In this document: positions 48,950 through 58,724 of the stretch, piece after piece
How the letters are laid out: each line of letters starts with the position of its first letter
Numbering within the stretch: position 1 is the first letter of the stretch
Source of the DNA: a virus
Taxonomy: Duplodnaviria; Heunggongvirae; Uroviricota; Caudoviricetes
DNA: 64,000 nucleotides
Direction: 5' to 3' (one strand)
IMG/VR virus record: IMGVR_UViG_3300042256_000013
Coordinates: 256,001 to 320,000 of that record
Made by a program: the position numbers and the translations under genes
Notes under the pieces: model-generated
What the model was told of the DNA's origin: nothing
What the model saw: the letters and a program-made list of their open reading frames with translations, nothing else
Database searches by the model: none

Positions 48950-49255
48950 TCAATCTTCGTTAAGCATTTCAACTATCGTGTTGAAAACTTCAATTATAAC
49001 ATCTCCGTGGCATTCCAACGGAGCACAAGAGCACCCGATGCGTAGCTCACTGAGGCTCAAAACGTCATCGGTCGTTATTGTACCATTCTCCAGACATTCG
49101 TACAAGTACTCTCTGTACATTTGTATCGAAACTTGGCGAGAAATTCCCGCACCTGGATCGCGGGGAAACGGATTTCCCCACATTGTACCACGTCCGATGT
49201 AAATGTCAAACTCACCTTTGTGGCGATTGACAAGAATCGGTGTAACATATTCCAT
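48950..49255 (-). CDS. DUF4326 domain protein
   Basis: DIYIGRGT.WGNPF and GCSCAPLECHGDV motifs. Confidence 0.85.
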   Translation of the reverse strand: MEYVTPILVNRHKGEFDIYIGRGTMWGNPFPRDPGAGISRQVSIQMYREYLYECLENGTITTDDVLSLSELRIGCSCAPLECHGDVIIEVFNTIVEMLNED

Positions 49256-50004
49256 TATTCTTCAACTTCTCCAAAAACAAGTTCCATACGTTGTGGAGTA
49301 TTGAGATCTTCGAATTTTGTATCAACCAGTACTTCAGTAATATGTGAACGAATTACTTCTGCACCTTCATGCATTCGGATGTACGTTTGACGTTTAAAGA
49401 ATGAACCTTCTTTCCATGCTTTAGGATAATCATTCCAGTTAATGCCAACACCGATCAACATATCGAGTTTGTCATTAGTAGATTTTCCTTGAAGCATAGA
49501 GTGTCCAAACGTAGCATGAGCAGCCATAGAAATACTGTTACGAACAGCATCTTGTACACGCCATAGTACTGCATTAGTTGCTTCTGAACGCGATGGAACC
49601 TGGAATACACGACAATCGAAGTGTGGCAAACGTTTAGAGCATTCTTCAGGGAAATGCTGAAGTGCCAGTGCTACAAACATTGCAGTAGCCAATGATGCCA
49701 GTACTGAAACCATCTTTTGCTTTTTACCAGCAAAAAATACATCACTACCGTAATCACGTTGCCAGAACACCAGAGTAATTTCATCACTCTGCGTGTAACC
49801 AATATCAGCACCAGTTTCTTTTACAAGATATTTTGTAACTTCTTGCATGATAGCTGTCATGTCAATATCAAATGGTTTAGTCATACTCTTAGTGAACTTA
49901 CTAAAAGAACGACCATCGAGACGGGCGACAATTGGAAGCATAGGCATGAATTTTTCTGCCGTTTCCATTTTTTCATAATGCTTGATGCGATCACCGAGAT
50001 TCAT
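49255..50004 (-). CDS. tRNA-His guanylyltransferase (Thg1/TLP)
   Basis: RLDGRSFSKFT, GYTQSDEITL, FDCRVF and WR..DA.RNSI motifs. Confidence 0.92.
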   Translation of the reverse strand: MNLGDRIKHYEKMETAEKFMPMLPIVARLDGRSFSKFTKSMTKPFDIDMTAIMQEVTKYLVKETGADIGYTQSDEITLVFWQRDYGSDVFFAGKKQKMVSVLASLATAMFVALALQHFPEECSKRLPHFDCRVFQVPSRSEATNAVLWRVQDAVRNSISMAAHATFGHSMLQGKSTNDKLDMLIGVGINWNDYPKAWKEGSFFKRQTYIRMHEGAEVIRSHITEVLVDTKFEDLNTPQRMELVFGEVEE

Positions 50005-50006
50005 TG

Positions 50007-50285
50007 TTATTCCTTAATGTATTTTTGAAGTTTATCATTGTTCGAGATATGCACTGAATTATAATCAGTAACATCTACGTGAAGGTTCACAAAGATAATT
50101 TCTTTTCCGAAATATATTTCACATGAGGCAATAATTTTACCATCCAGTTGAGTACTAGCATGATGAAGAATTACTTTATCACAACCATAGTACCATTCTT
50201 TTATGTGACGTTCAAACAGAATCTGATACAATTTATCAGGATATGTTTGTTTTATTTTTTTCGGCTTGATAGATTTCGAAGACAT
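50007..50285 (-). CDS. Hypothetical protein
   Basis: 92 aa ORF; GAGG RBS. Confidence 0.5.
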   Translation of the reverse strand: MSSKSIKPKKIKQTYPDKLYQILFERHIKEWYYGCDKVILHHASTQLDGKIIASCEIYFGKEIIFVNLHVDVTDYNSVHISNNDKLQKYIKE

Positions 50286-50829
50286 TATTTTGAACCTCTA
50301 ATTTTTCTAATTCTTGTTGAAGTTTATATTCATTCCGACGCATATGGTCAAGTGAACGAACTACTCGAAACATCATCAATTCTTCATGTTCAGTTAAGAA
50401 CTCTTCACCATTGATGTAAATTTTTAGTGCTGGATTATCTCGATCAGGGTCATAACTATATCCTCCTGAACGGAAATTATAAATTTGGAAGTACATTTTT
50501 GAATATGCAGTATCATCAAGAACCATACGTGAATCATCCGTAGTATCACGGAAAACAAAACGCTTAGGATCACGAGCCATAGCAATTAATATTGCCAGTA
50601 CTTCAGGACGACACTTATTCAATTGGTACTTTGTATTGATAATATGACGTGTAGCATCTTTACGCTTATCGAAATGTTTAACATATTCCAATAACTTACC
50701 AGCACTTTTTCTTAGTATTAGCAGATGCAAGTGACGATGAATTTCAAATATTTCTTGAACATTCAATTCTTGATTCTTTTTAGCTGGAACTGGACGCATT
50801 CTTGGTACTGGCATTGGTTGATACCCCAT
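50236..50829 (-). CDS. LLxxxLRK family hypothetical protein, paralog C
   Basis: LHLLILRKS and MARDPKRF. First gene after a sigma70 promoter. Confidence 0.6.
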   Translation of the reverse strand: MGYQPMPVPRMRPVPAKKNQELNVQEIFEIHRHLHLLILRKSAGKLLEYVKHFDKRKDATRHIINTKYQLNKCRPEVLAILIAMARDPKRFVFRDTTDDSRMVLDDTAYSKMYFQIYNFRSGGYSYDPDRDNPALKIYINGEEFLTEHEELMMFRVVRSLDHMRRNEYKLQQELEKLEVQNNVFEIYQAEKNKTNIS

Positions 50830-50843
50830 AGATTTATTCCCAT

Positions 50844-50872
50844 ATTTTAACCGTAGGCGAGCCGCCTGTCAA
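50844..50872 (-). promoter_or_regulatory. Sigma70-type promoter
   Basis: TTGACA-17-TAAAAT on the minus strand. Confidence 0.75.
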
Positions 50873-50930
50873 GGATTATTTTCACTTAATTTGGATTTTT
50901 TTTTCGTGTACGCAGATTATACCAGAAACG

Positions 50931-50956
50931 AAAAAAGCGGTCAATGACCGCTTTTT
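50931..50956. terminator. Rho-independent terminator after the fibre-like genes
   Basis: A6-GCGGTCA-a-TGACCGC-T5 hairpin. Confidence 0.85.
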
Positions 50957-50961
50957 GATTT

Positions 50962-53709
50962 TTACCATCTTGTTCCTGTTCCTGATGGAACACCTGTACT
51001 TGCAGGAATAGCAGAACCACGTTGGGTTGTGCTTGGTCTGTAAGTTAAGAAACGAGTAACTTTCTCTGTAACAATTGATGATATATTTGAACCTCCAGTA
51101 ACTACAGTACCGATGAATACTCTATATAATTCTTCAGTTAACATAGTTTCACTGAATTGATATACAGCCGTACCTTCTATTACTGTTATGTACAAATAGA
51201 ATGTACTATTAGCTGGATTACTTTTTATCGTACTTAAATCAACTGATTGAACTGGCATATCATGATATTTTCCTCCTAACAATACTGGTACTGTTTGGGT
51301 GAAATACACATTAAATCCTTGAGCAACATCTTGTGCAGCTACAACAATTCTTTCAATTGGTTCACTTGCAGGATTAGCTACCATTGCATCAAATTGAGAA
51401 ACTGTTGTTCCGAATAATTTAAATATCAACTTTGTTTTAACATCAGTAATATCACCATTCTCAAATAATCCAAAACCGACACCTGGTAGAACACCAACTT
51501 CGTATGAATTATTTAAACTCGAATTATATCCAGTTGGAATCATTTTTGGTGTTCCAGTAATTAATTTAGTACTGTTATCTACTTTACATACAATAGAGGA
51601 TAAATTATCCGCACTTGTAACTACACAAGTACTTGAAGGAATTCCAACATATGTAAAATCATCATACTTTGCAACTATCAATCCTGGTTGTCTGTTTAAC
51701 ATTGCTTGTCTTATACTAGATGCTGGGAGAGATCTTGTTATATATCTGGTACTTTCAATACTGTATACTGTAACTACATTATTAACAATTCCCAAATCTA
51801 TTTCAGCTAATAACAAATATGTATTTGATTGACCAGTTGGTGCATCAGTAATACCAGTAACTACTGCATAACTTTTTGTAAATGTATTTGGAACATAATA
51901 AAGTATAATATATGAATTAGTTGTGTTATACACTATATTCGATGCCTGATCTGATATAATTTCCTGTTTAATTGTAACTAATAAATTATTGTCAATAGAA
52001 AAAGAATCACTAAATGAATAATTTGTTTGATCCATTACAGTACCACTGAACTTTGTTATATTTTCAATAAATGATGTACCATACACGGTACTGTTTCCAG
52101 TACCATCGACTATTGTGACCATGTTAGAGTAACGATGGTCAGTGTTATCAAGAAGTTGACGATTTACATTTGGTGCAAATCCAGTTAAAGTATTTCCATT
52201 AACTACTGATTTATATGGATATGTTCTGGTAGTTCCTAATGAAGTAACTACTGTATTATCTAATCCAAAATAATTTCCATTTTGTGTACCACTACAACAA
52301 ATGAATATTTTATCACGTGCTATAATTGTTGGATGTATTAAATTATCCCCAATAGGAGAACCGTATGTTGGATAAATTGAATTGACAATCGTGTTTGATA
52401 GTACTCTATTTTGAATATTCCAAGTTTCATATAATGAAACAAATGAATTCAATGTTCCTTTAGAAACGATATGTTCAGTAAATGTATCGTGTCTTGCCAT
52501 TGTACATAACGACACTCCATCATTCGTTGTAAAGATTGTAGGAACTCTATTCAATGATGCGTTTAACGACAATCCTGATAAATTTTGCATATCAAAAAAG
52601 AATGGGTTATCGTAAGTAATTACTCCAGTACTTGAAGTTGTTATAGTAACTGGTGCTTGTGCAGAAGTATCATATGTGTATTGTTTTGTACTTGTATCGT
52701 ACACAAAACTGATACCACTCATTGTTCTAAGATTAGATTGCTGAGTTGCAGTTTCAATACCATGCATAAATGCAACACGTATATTATTTCCTGAACCTGC
52801 TGCCTGTAATGAACCTTCAACATTTCCCCAAAAAATAGATATTCCTCTATAAACATTTCCAGTTGGAATTATAATATATGGTTTATCTGAACTATTTTGA
52901 CTAAAATACATATCAGCTAATTTAATATTAGGACTTGCAATTAATGTGTCACCATATAAATTTGTACCATTAAATCCAGTTACCTTTGTTAATGAAGTAT
53001 AAACTCCAGCTTTAACGTTAGCGACAGATATTGTATACAACGAAATAGCAAATTCTGATGTATTGTTGTATCCGTCTAAACACCAAATATAAACAACACC
53101 ATTATGTACCATTGCATATTGAGGGTCTGTATTAACAATTAATGATGCAGGAAATTCAACACTTTCATGTGAAATTGCATTTAATGTACCATTAGTTAAT
53201 GAAATACTGTACGTATTTTCTGTACCATTATTTGTGTGCATAAGCAATACATCACCGGCATTTGAACCAACAAACGAGTTCAATACATGATTAGATGTAA
53301 AAAATGATGGTACAAATTTTTCATTAGTTTGAACTGGAGATAAAACACTACTTGTTCTAACACTGCTTTGATAGCAATAGTAGTACCCGAAAGTACTACC
53401 ATTAGTTCCTGGTCGAAGATAAACCATTGTTCCGTCATTTTCTAAAATTACGGGTTGTATACCTTTTCCTGTATAGTTCGTGGCTCCTTCGAAGGAGCCA
53501 TTAATACTCATAGGTAGATAATCCATCGTACCTACTCTTGATATTGGAAGAATAGAAACTATTTCATCAAATTCAGTTTTTGTGTAATATGGAAAATCCA
53601 GATTACCTTCAATATCAGGTGTTATATCGTTAACATCACGAATAACGTTAAGACCTTTTGTAGATATGTTTGCATCTACGCTTAGATCTCCATAAATTTT
53701 TTTAGACAT
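50962..53709 (-). CDS. Large virion structural / tail-fibre-like protein, paralog 1
   Basis: 915 aa, T/S/N/Y-rich; shares N- and C-terminal modules with the next two genes. Confidence 0.7.
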   Translation of the reverse strand: MSKKIYGDLSVDANISTKGLNVIRDVNDITPDIEGNLDFPYYTKTEFDEIVSILPISRVGTMDYLPMSINGSFEGATNYTGKGIQPVILENDGTMVYLRPGTNGSTFGYYYCYQSSVRTSSVLSPVQTNEKFVPSFFTSNHVLNSFVGSNAGDVLLMHTNNGTENTYSISLTNGTLNAISHESVEFPASLIVNTDPQYAMVHNGVVYIWCLDGYNNTSEFAISLYTISVANVKAGVYTSLTKVTGFNGTNLYGDTLIASPNIKLADMYFSQNSSDKPYIIIPTGNVYRGISIFWGNVEGSLQAAGSGNNIRVAFMHGIETATQQSNLRTMSGISFVYDTSTKQYTYDTSAQAPVTITTSSTGVITYDNPFFFDMQNLSGLSLNASLNRVPTIFTTNDGVSLCTMARHDTFTEHIVSKGTLNSFVSLYETWNIQNRVLSNTIVNSIYPTYGSPIGDNLIHPTIIARDKIFICCSGTQNGNYFGLDNTVVTSLGTTRTYPYKSVVNGNTLTGFAPNVNRQLLDNTDHRYSNMVTIVDGTGNSTVYGTSFIENITKFSGTVMDQTNYSFSDSFSIDNNLLVTIKQEIISDQASNIVYNTTNSYIILYYVPNTFTKSYAVVTGITDAPTGQSNTYLLLAEIDLGIVNNVVTVYSIESTRYITRSLPASSIRQAMLNRQPGLIVAKYDDFTYVGIPSSTCVVTSADNLSSIVCKVDNSTKLITGTPKMIPTGYNSSLNNSYEVGVLPGVGFGLFENGDITDVKTKLIFKLFGTTVSQFDAMVANPASEPIERIVVAAQDVAQGFNVYFTQTVPVLLGGKYHDMPVQSVDLSTIKSNPANSTFYLYITVIEGTAVYQFSETMLTEELYRVFIGTVVTGGSNISSIVTEKVTRFLTYRPSTTQRGSAIPASTGVPSGTGTRW

Positions 53710-53722
53710 TGTAATTTCCTTA

Positions 53723-56461
53723 TTACCAACTTATGCTTCCGGGTTGCTGAGGGTATCCAGTACTGACAGGGAATGCAGAACCAATTTGTGTTTCACTTGG
53801 TCTAAAGATGTCAAATCTTGAAACTTTATTAATGTTTAAAGTAGTTACATTAGTACCATCAGTTGTTGCTGTTCCAATGTACATATTGGTACTTGTTTCA
53901 CCTAATTCAGTTTCAGATACATGATATGAAATAGTACCATTCAATTCTTGAACATATATGTAAAATGTACTATTTCCCGGATTTGCTTTAACATCGTTTA
54001 AATTTAACACTGTTATTGGTAATTCATAATATACACCATTTAAAAATACTGGTGTTCGTTCAGTTAAGTATATATAAAATCCAACTGTTACATCTTGTGA
54101 AAGAATAACTATATCAGTTCCAGTTCCAGCAGCCATATTTGATGTAAATTGTGATAATGTATTTCCACAATTTTTAAATATTAATTTAGTTCCTTTATCC
54201 GTAGGACTAAACAGATAATATCCAAATCCTAAATTTGGTATATAACTATACTCACGTTGTGCATTAGAGTTGAATCCTATTATAAAAGTACTATCAGATA
54301 CAATAACGTTTGAAATTGTATTTCCATTAACAATTCCACAAACAGTGTGTATTTGAGAAGAACCGGGTATGGAATATGGAACTGTATAAGAAAATGATAT
54401 ATATGTAAAATCTGCATATTTCACACATGATAGACCACTATGCTGCCTCATCTCATTTTGAATTAATATATTAATCATGTTTGTTTTTGGTTCATTCATA
54501 AAAATAGTATTCATTGTAGCACTTAATACATTAGTACTGTTAGCAGTACAATCAACTGTAGCTGATAGAATTGCACCAACACCAGAACTATTATAAGCAG
54601 TTACACAAGCAATACTTTTACAGTAATCTGTTCTTGGTGAATAATATAATGATATTTTAGAATTTGTAATACCAGTTAATCCTGAACCAGAAATAATTGT
54701 ATTTTTTAACGATGTTAAAATAGAATTATCTATTGTTAGTGTTTTATCATAAGATAATGTAGTTGGATCAAATTTATTACCAGTTGTTAATTGTGTACTT
54801 TCAAAAAACACTGTTCCATAAGATTCAACCATATTAGCATTATCATGATATGATAATTTAGATATTGCAAGATTTTCATTATTATCACCAAATGGCATTC
54901 TGTAAATTTGTGGGGCATATCCAGTAATAGTACCACGTTCAACGGAATTATATACATAATTTCTTGACGTTCCTATATCTGCAATTCCACGATCATATTT
55001 GGTATATTGATTACCATTATATGTTCCAGTTCCAGAAAATAATATTCTGGTTGTGCTTATAGGTGATCCAGCAGTTAATTGATCACCAACTCTTGATGCA
55101 AATTCTGAATAAACATTAGTGTAATCTTGTAAACTAATAGTTCTATTTCTCATTTTATATGCATTTGCTTTATTAGTAAAATTAGAAATACTACATCTAC
55201 TAACCAAATATGTATCATCAAGAACATATTTTTCTTTTATTGAATATTGAATTCCGTTGTCAGTAACGAACATGGAATTTCCATTTCCATCAGCAACTTT
55301 TGTTCCAACTCCATATGTATTTGCTGAAGTTATAGAGTATGGATTATCCCAAGTAATTATTCCAGTACTTGCACCATTTGCATATATTGGTCTATTAGAA
55401 GTTAAATCAGTTGTGAAATTTCTGGTGATTACATTGTATGTAATAGTAATATTATACAATGTATCAACCCGTTGTGTATTATTAGCAGCAAATGCATTTG
55501 TATAAAATGAAAATATTATATTAGTTCCATCGTAATATGCTTTACCTCTACCAACTAATGAATAAGTATATCCTGCACAATTAGCTATAGTATTGTTATA
55601 TTTTATAAATGAATTAATTCCACTTTGAGTAGTTGCAGTATATACATCAGAAATTCTAATTACATTTCCTGGAGTTGCTGAACCATATAACGTATTTCCA
55701 GTAATGCCAGAAATTTGTTCAATAGTTGTGATTGCCCCGCTTTCAATTTGAGATGTTGGAATACGATAAAATACAAATTGAAGTGGATCATTATTATTAG
55801 GATTTATTACTAAAGGACCACCATATGTACTGGTATATAATGCAATTATATACACATAAGAATCAACTTTTAATGCAGTTAAAATATTATAAGGTATTGC
55901 TGATGATGGAAATGATGCAGATTTGTGATTAGTTTTATCAAGAGTTCCATATGTTAATACTACTGATAATATATTATTTTGTAAATCATGATACAATAAA
56001 GTATCTTTTGTATAAGAATCATAGAATAAAATGTCATTAGACGAACCTTCATAATATGGTCTTATGGTTGGATATGGAGAAGTATTCATATCAGGATTAT
56101 TAATATAAGTGTAATAATAATTAATTTTATTACCATTAGTACCTGGTCTTAAAAATACCAAAGTTCCATCTTCTTCTAACAGAATAGGCATACTTGAATA
56201 ATATGCTACAGTACTACCACCTTCATATGATCCAGATGCACCAACTGGTAAATTATTTAAAGCCCCATATTGAGATAATGGTAACTGTTTTAGAACATTA
56301 TCAATATCAATTCCTGTAGCTATTGGTAATTCAACATGACCATCAATATCTGCATGGAAAATTTCAGATTCAGATTCTAACTTAATACCGGTTCCAACTA
56401 TTTTATTTTGTACTGTCAGATTGTTTCTGACATTTACATTTCCTTTTATTTTATAAGCCAT
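53723..56461 (-). CDS. Large virion structural / tail-fibre-like protein, paralog 2
   Basis: 912 aa; shares GSYEG, LEEDGTLVFLRPGTNG and C-terminal RF..FRPS....GSAFPVSTG.P with paralog 1. Confidence 0.7.
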   Translation of the reverse strand: MAYKIKGNVNVRNNLTVQNKIVGTGIKLESESEIFHADIDGHVELPIATGIDIDNVLKQLPLSQYGALNNLPVGASGSYEGGSTVAYYSSMPILLEEDGTLVFLRPGTNGNKINYYYTYINNPDMNTSPYPTIRPYYEGSSNDILFYDSYTKDTLLYHDLQNNILSVVLTYGTLDKTNHKSASFPSSAIPYNILTALKVDSYVYIIALYTSTYGGPLVINPNNNDPLQFVFYRIPTSQIESGAITTIEQISGITGNTLYGSATPGNVIRISDVYTATTQSGINSFIKYNNTIANCAGYTYSLVGRGKAYYDGTNIIFSFYTNAFAANNTQRVDTLYNITITYNVITRNFTTDLTSNRPIYANGASTGIITWDNPYSITSANTYGVGTKVADGNGNSMFVTDNGIQYSIKEKYVLDDTYLVSRCSISNFTNKANAYKMRNRTISLQDYTNVYSEFASRVGDQLTAGSPISTTRILFSGTGTYNGNQYTKYDRGIADIGTSRNYVYNSVERGTITGYAPQIYRMPFGDNNENLAISKLSYHDNANMVESYGTVFFESTQLTTGNKFDPTTLSYDKTLTIDNSILTSLKNTIISGSGLTGITNSKISLYYSPRTDYCKSIACVTAYNSSGVGAILSATVDCTANSTNVLSATMNTIFMNEPKTNMINILIQNEMRQHSGLSCVKYADFTYISFSYTVPYSIPGSSQIHTVCGIVNGNTISNVIVSDSTFIIGFNSNAQREYSYIPNLGFGYYLFSPTDKGTKLIFKNCGNTLSQFTSNMAAGTGTDIVILSQDVTVGFYIYLTERTPVFLNGVYYELPITVLNLNDVKANPGNSTFYIYVQELNGTISYHVSETELGETSTNMYIGTATTDGTNVTTLNINKVSRFDIFRPSETQIGSAFPVSTGYPQQPGSISW

Positions 56462-56470
56462 TATAATCCC

Positions 56471-57043
56471 TTACCAATTTATGGTTCCATTTTGTGTTGG
56501 TAATCCATTACTTACCGGGAAAGATGAACCAGCAGAATTATATGCTGGACTAAACACATCTAATCTTTTTCTTGCATTTATATTAATACCACCAATGGTT
56601 GTAATATTTGTAAAAAGTATTCCAATCCAAAAAATATTGTACGCAGATGAACCTGATTCAGAAATAACATCTTCAGAAATTAGATACTTAGCTAATCCTT
56701 GTTCTAATGTAATATAAACATAATATGTTGTATTAGCTGGATTAGGTTTAATTGTAGTTAAATTAATATTTGTTTGCGGTAATGTAAAAACTTTACCAGA
56801 TAATAAAACATCAGTTTCATCATTAAATTGAACAGTGTATCCAGAACTGGTAATATTTCCAGGCTCAAAATGTGATAGTGGTAATACACTTAGTATTTTA
56901 TTGAAATAGTCTATTCTGAAAGTATCTATACTAGCATTTCCTGTTCCATCAAATGCTGTATCATTTACTGAACGTGCTAAGTTTTTAGAACCAGCTTCAG
57001 CATGTCTACCAACTTCCATATTCCCTTTAATTTGTAATGCCAT
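56471..57043 (-). CDS. Short paralog of the fibre-like proteins (N- and C-terminal modules only)
   Basis: LPLS, IKPNPANTTYYVYI and GSSFPVSNGLP...W match the termini of the two large paralogs. Confidence 0.7.
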   Translation of the reverse strand: MALQIKGNMEVGRHAEAGSKNLARSVNDTAFDGTGNASIDTFRIDYFNKILSVLPLSHFEPGNITSSGYTVQFNDETDVLLSGKVFTLPQTNINLTTIKPNPANTTYYVYITLEQGLAKYLISEDVISESGSSAYNIFWIGILFTNITTIGGININARKRLDVFSPAYNSAGSSFPVSNGLPTQNGTINW

Positions 57044-57096
57044 AATATCCTCATCTTTGACAGAATTTCATTATTGTATTTATGGACTATATAAAC

Positions 57097-57120
57097 AAAA
57101 AAAGCACCCATTGGGTGCTT
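57097..57120 (-). terminator. Rho-independent terminator
   Basis: AAGCACCCA-t-TGGGTGCTT with a T-tract on the minus strand. Confidence 0.8.
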
Positions 57121-57292
57121 ATTCTTCATCAGGATCGTAGTCCGGTGCAATGTATGTTACAGTAACAATGAATGTTCCATGAGCATCACCAAATGCGTCA
57201 GTAACTACATCGTCATTATCAATGAAATCGATTGGATCAATTGACTCAACCTGATTACCCTGAAATGTTTTATTGTATATAACTTTACTCAT
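57119..57292 (-). CDS. Small acidic protein (57 aa), missing from the ORF track
   Basis: Hand translation MSKVIYNKTFQGNQVESIDPIDFIDNDDVVTDAFGDAHGTFIVTVTYIAPDYDPDEE; overlaps the nrdG stop. Confidence 0.65.
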   Translation of the reverse strand: MSKVIYNKTFQGNQVESIDPIDFIDNDDVVTDAFGDAHGTFIVTVTYIAPDYDPDEE

Positions 57293-57758
57293 AATCTTTA
57301 CCTTTTACCAGTACTCTTTGATTTTCTGAACCTCTGAATGGAAGTTTAAGGTTCTTGAGTTCTTCAACAAATTTACCATCAACAAGTACGTCAACGTAAT
57401 TCAGAACATCATGAGCATGATTTTCTAGTACTTCTTCCAGTGTATAACCAGTCCAGCACCAAATATTTTTTGTTGGGAATTCTTCTTTCACAATCCTACA
57501 CAAATCAAGAACAGTACTGATATTTTTAGTCATCAGTGCATCTCCACCAAGTAGAGTTAAACCCTCTACATAAGGCTTAGAGAGTTCTAATAGGATTGTA
57601 TTAATTTGTTCTTCCCCAAATGGTGTTCCTGAACGATAATCCCAAGCTTCTTCATTGAAACAACCAGGACAACCGTGACTACAACCTGATACATATAAAC
57701 TGACACGAACACCAGTGCCATTTATAAGGTCGTCTTTTACTATTGTTTGATAATTCAT
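57285..57758 (-). CDS. nrdG: Anaerobic ribonucleotide reductase activase (radical SAM)
   Basis: NGTGVRVSLYVSGCSHGCPGCFN (CxxxCxxC), GLTLLGG and FRGSENQR. Confidence 0.95.
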   Translation of the reverse strand: MNYQTIVKDDLINGTGVRVSLYVSGCSHGCPGCFNEEAWDYRSGTPFGEEQINTILLELSKPYVEGLTLLGGDALMTKNISTVLDLCRIVKEEFPTKNIWCWTGYTLEEVLENHAHDVLNYVDVLVDGKFVEELKNLKLPFRGSENQRVLVKGKDYE

Positions 57759-58207
57759 TAATAATTGCTCATAAGCAGTACCTGAGTATCAAAGATTTCA
57801 TCGTAGTACGTAATACTTTCCAGAAATTCTATTGCAGATTCCCGGTCTTTGAACCTCATAAATTTGTCACCATCATCACAACCAACGAACATAACAACAA
57901 ATTTGTTTTCATTGTAGTTCTTAATATAGTCATCACGATAAATTTCATGATGTAGTACTGAATTATAACTGGTTTTTGGAGATAACGTTTCTTGCATGTA
58001 GTATTCTTCTTCAGAAGTCATCCAATCTTCCCAAATATGATAATGATAGCAAGGAACCACTCGCCTATGTTCAGCTTCTGGATGCATATTTTCGCATGAA
58101 TAATAACTTATTGCTCGAAAATCTTCATCAAATACTGGAAGGTAGCCTAACAACCGATCTGAATTGTAGCAGAATGTCCAATTCACATTAACTTTATCGT
58201 GTATCAT
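57758..58207 (-). CDS. Hypothetical protein
   Basis: 149 aa ORF between nrdD and nrdG. Confidence 0.6.
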   Translation of the reverse strand: MIHDKVNVNWTFCYNSDRLLGYLPVFDEDFRAISYYSCENMHPEAEHRRVVPCYHYHIWEDWMTSEEEYYMQETLSPKTSYNSVLHHEIYRDDYIKNYNENKFVVMFVGCDDGDKFMRFKDRESAIEFLESITYYDEIFDTQVLLMSNY

Positions 58208-58210
58208 GAT

Positions 58211-58723
58211 TTATTCCTTAGAGAATATTGGTACATAAGAGTTTATTTTGGTACAATATATCAACGCATCGCGAGTACTTCCACTAAAATTACTATCATC
58301 AATGATAATAGAATTTTGTTTAACTACAGTTCTCTCGAACAGATGTTTAATGTATTTGTCACGTTGTGTTGCTTTCAACATATTAATTTTAAATGTTGAA
58401 CCCATTTCTTCCATACGTGATAAGTGACTACGTAATTCAGCTTTTTGAAGACCCAGCGTAGGTGCAAGGTCTTTAAAGTACTGAATATCGTTTTTCTTTG
58501 CAATCCTTATATCTCTATCTAATAATTGCACCACTTTCAGTACAAAATCAGAAGAACTTTCTGGAATGATAATAGTACTTTTCTTCTTTACATATGGCCT
58601 AAAAGCACAACTGATTGTATGAATCATTGTATTGCGATTTTCGCCTAAAGAATAGCCATATTTTTCTTTTAGAGCAAAATATAGCAGCATGTTTTCACGT
58701 TTTGTCAAGTCGAATGGAATCAT
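58211..58723 (-). CDS. Possible phosphoribosyltransferase-like protein
   Basis: IPESS and IIIDDSNFSGST resemble the PRPP-binding loop (hhhDDhhxTGxT). Confidence 0.5.
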   Translation of the reverse strand: MIPFDLTKRENMLLYFALKEKYGYSLGENRNTMIHTISCAFRPYVKKKSTIIIPESSSDFVLKVVQLLDRDIRIAKKNDIQYFKDLAPTLGLQKAELRSHLSRMEEMGSTFKINMLKATQRDKYIKHLFERTVVKQNSIIIDDSNFSGSTRDALIYCTKINSYVPIFSKE

Positions 58724-58724
58724 A

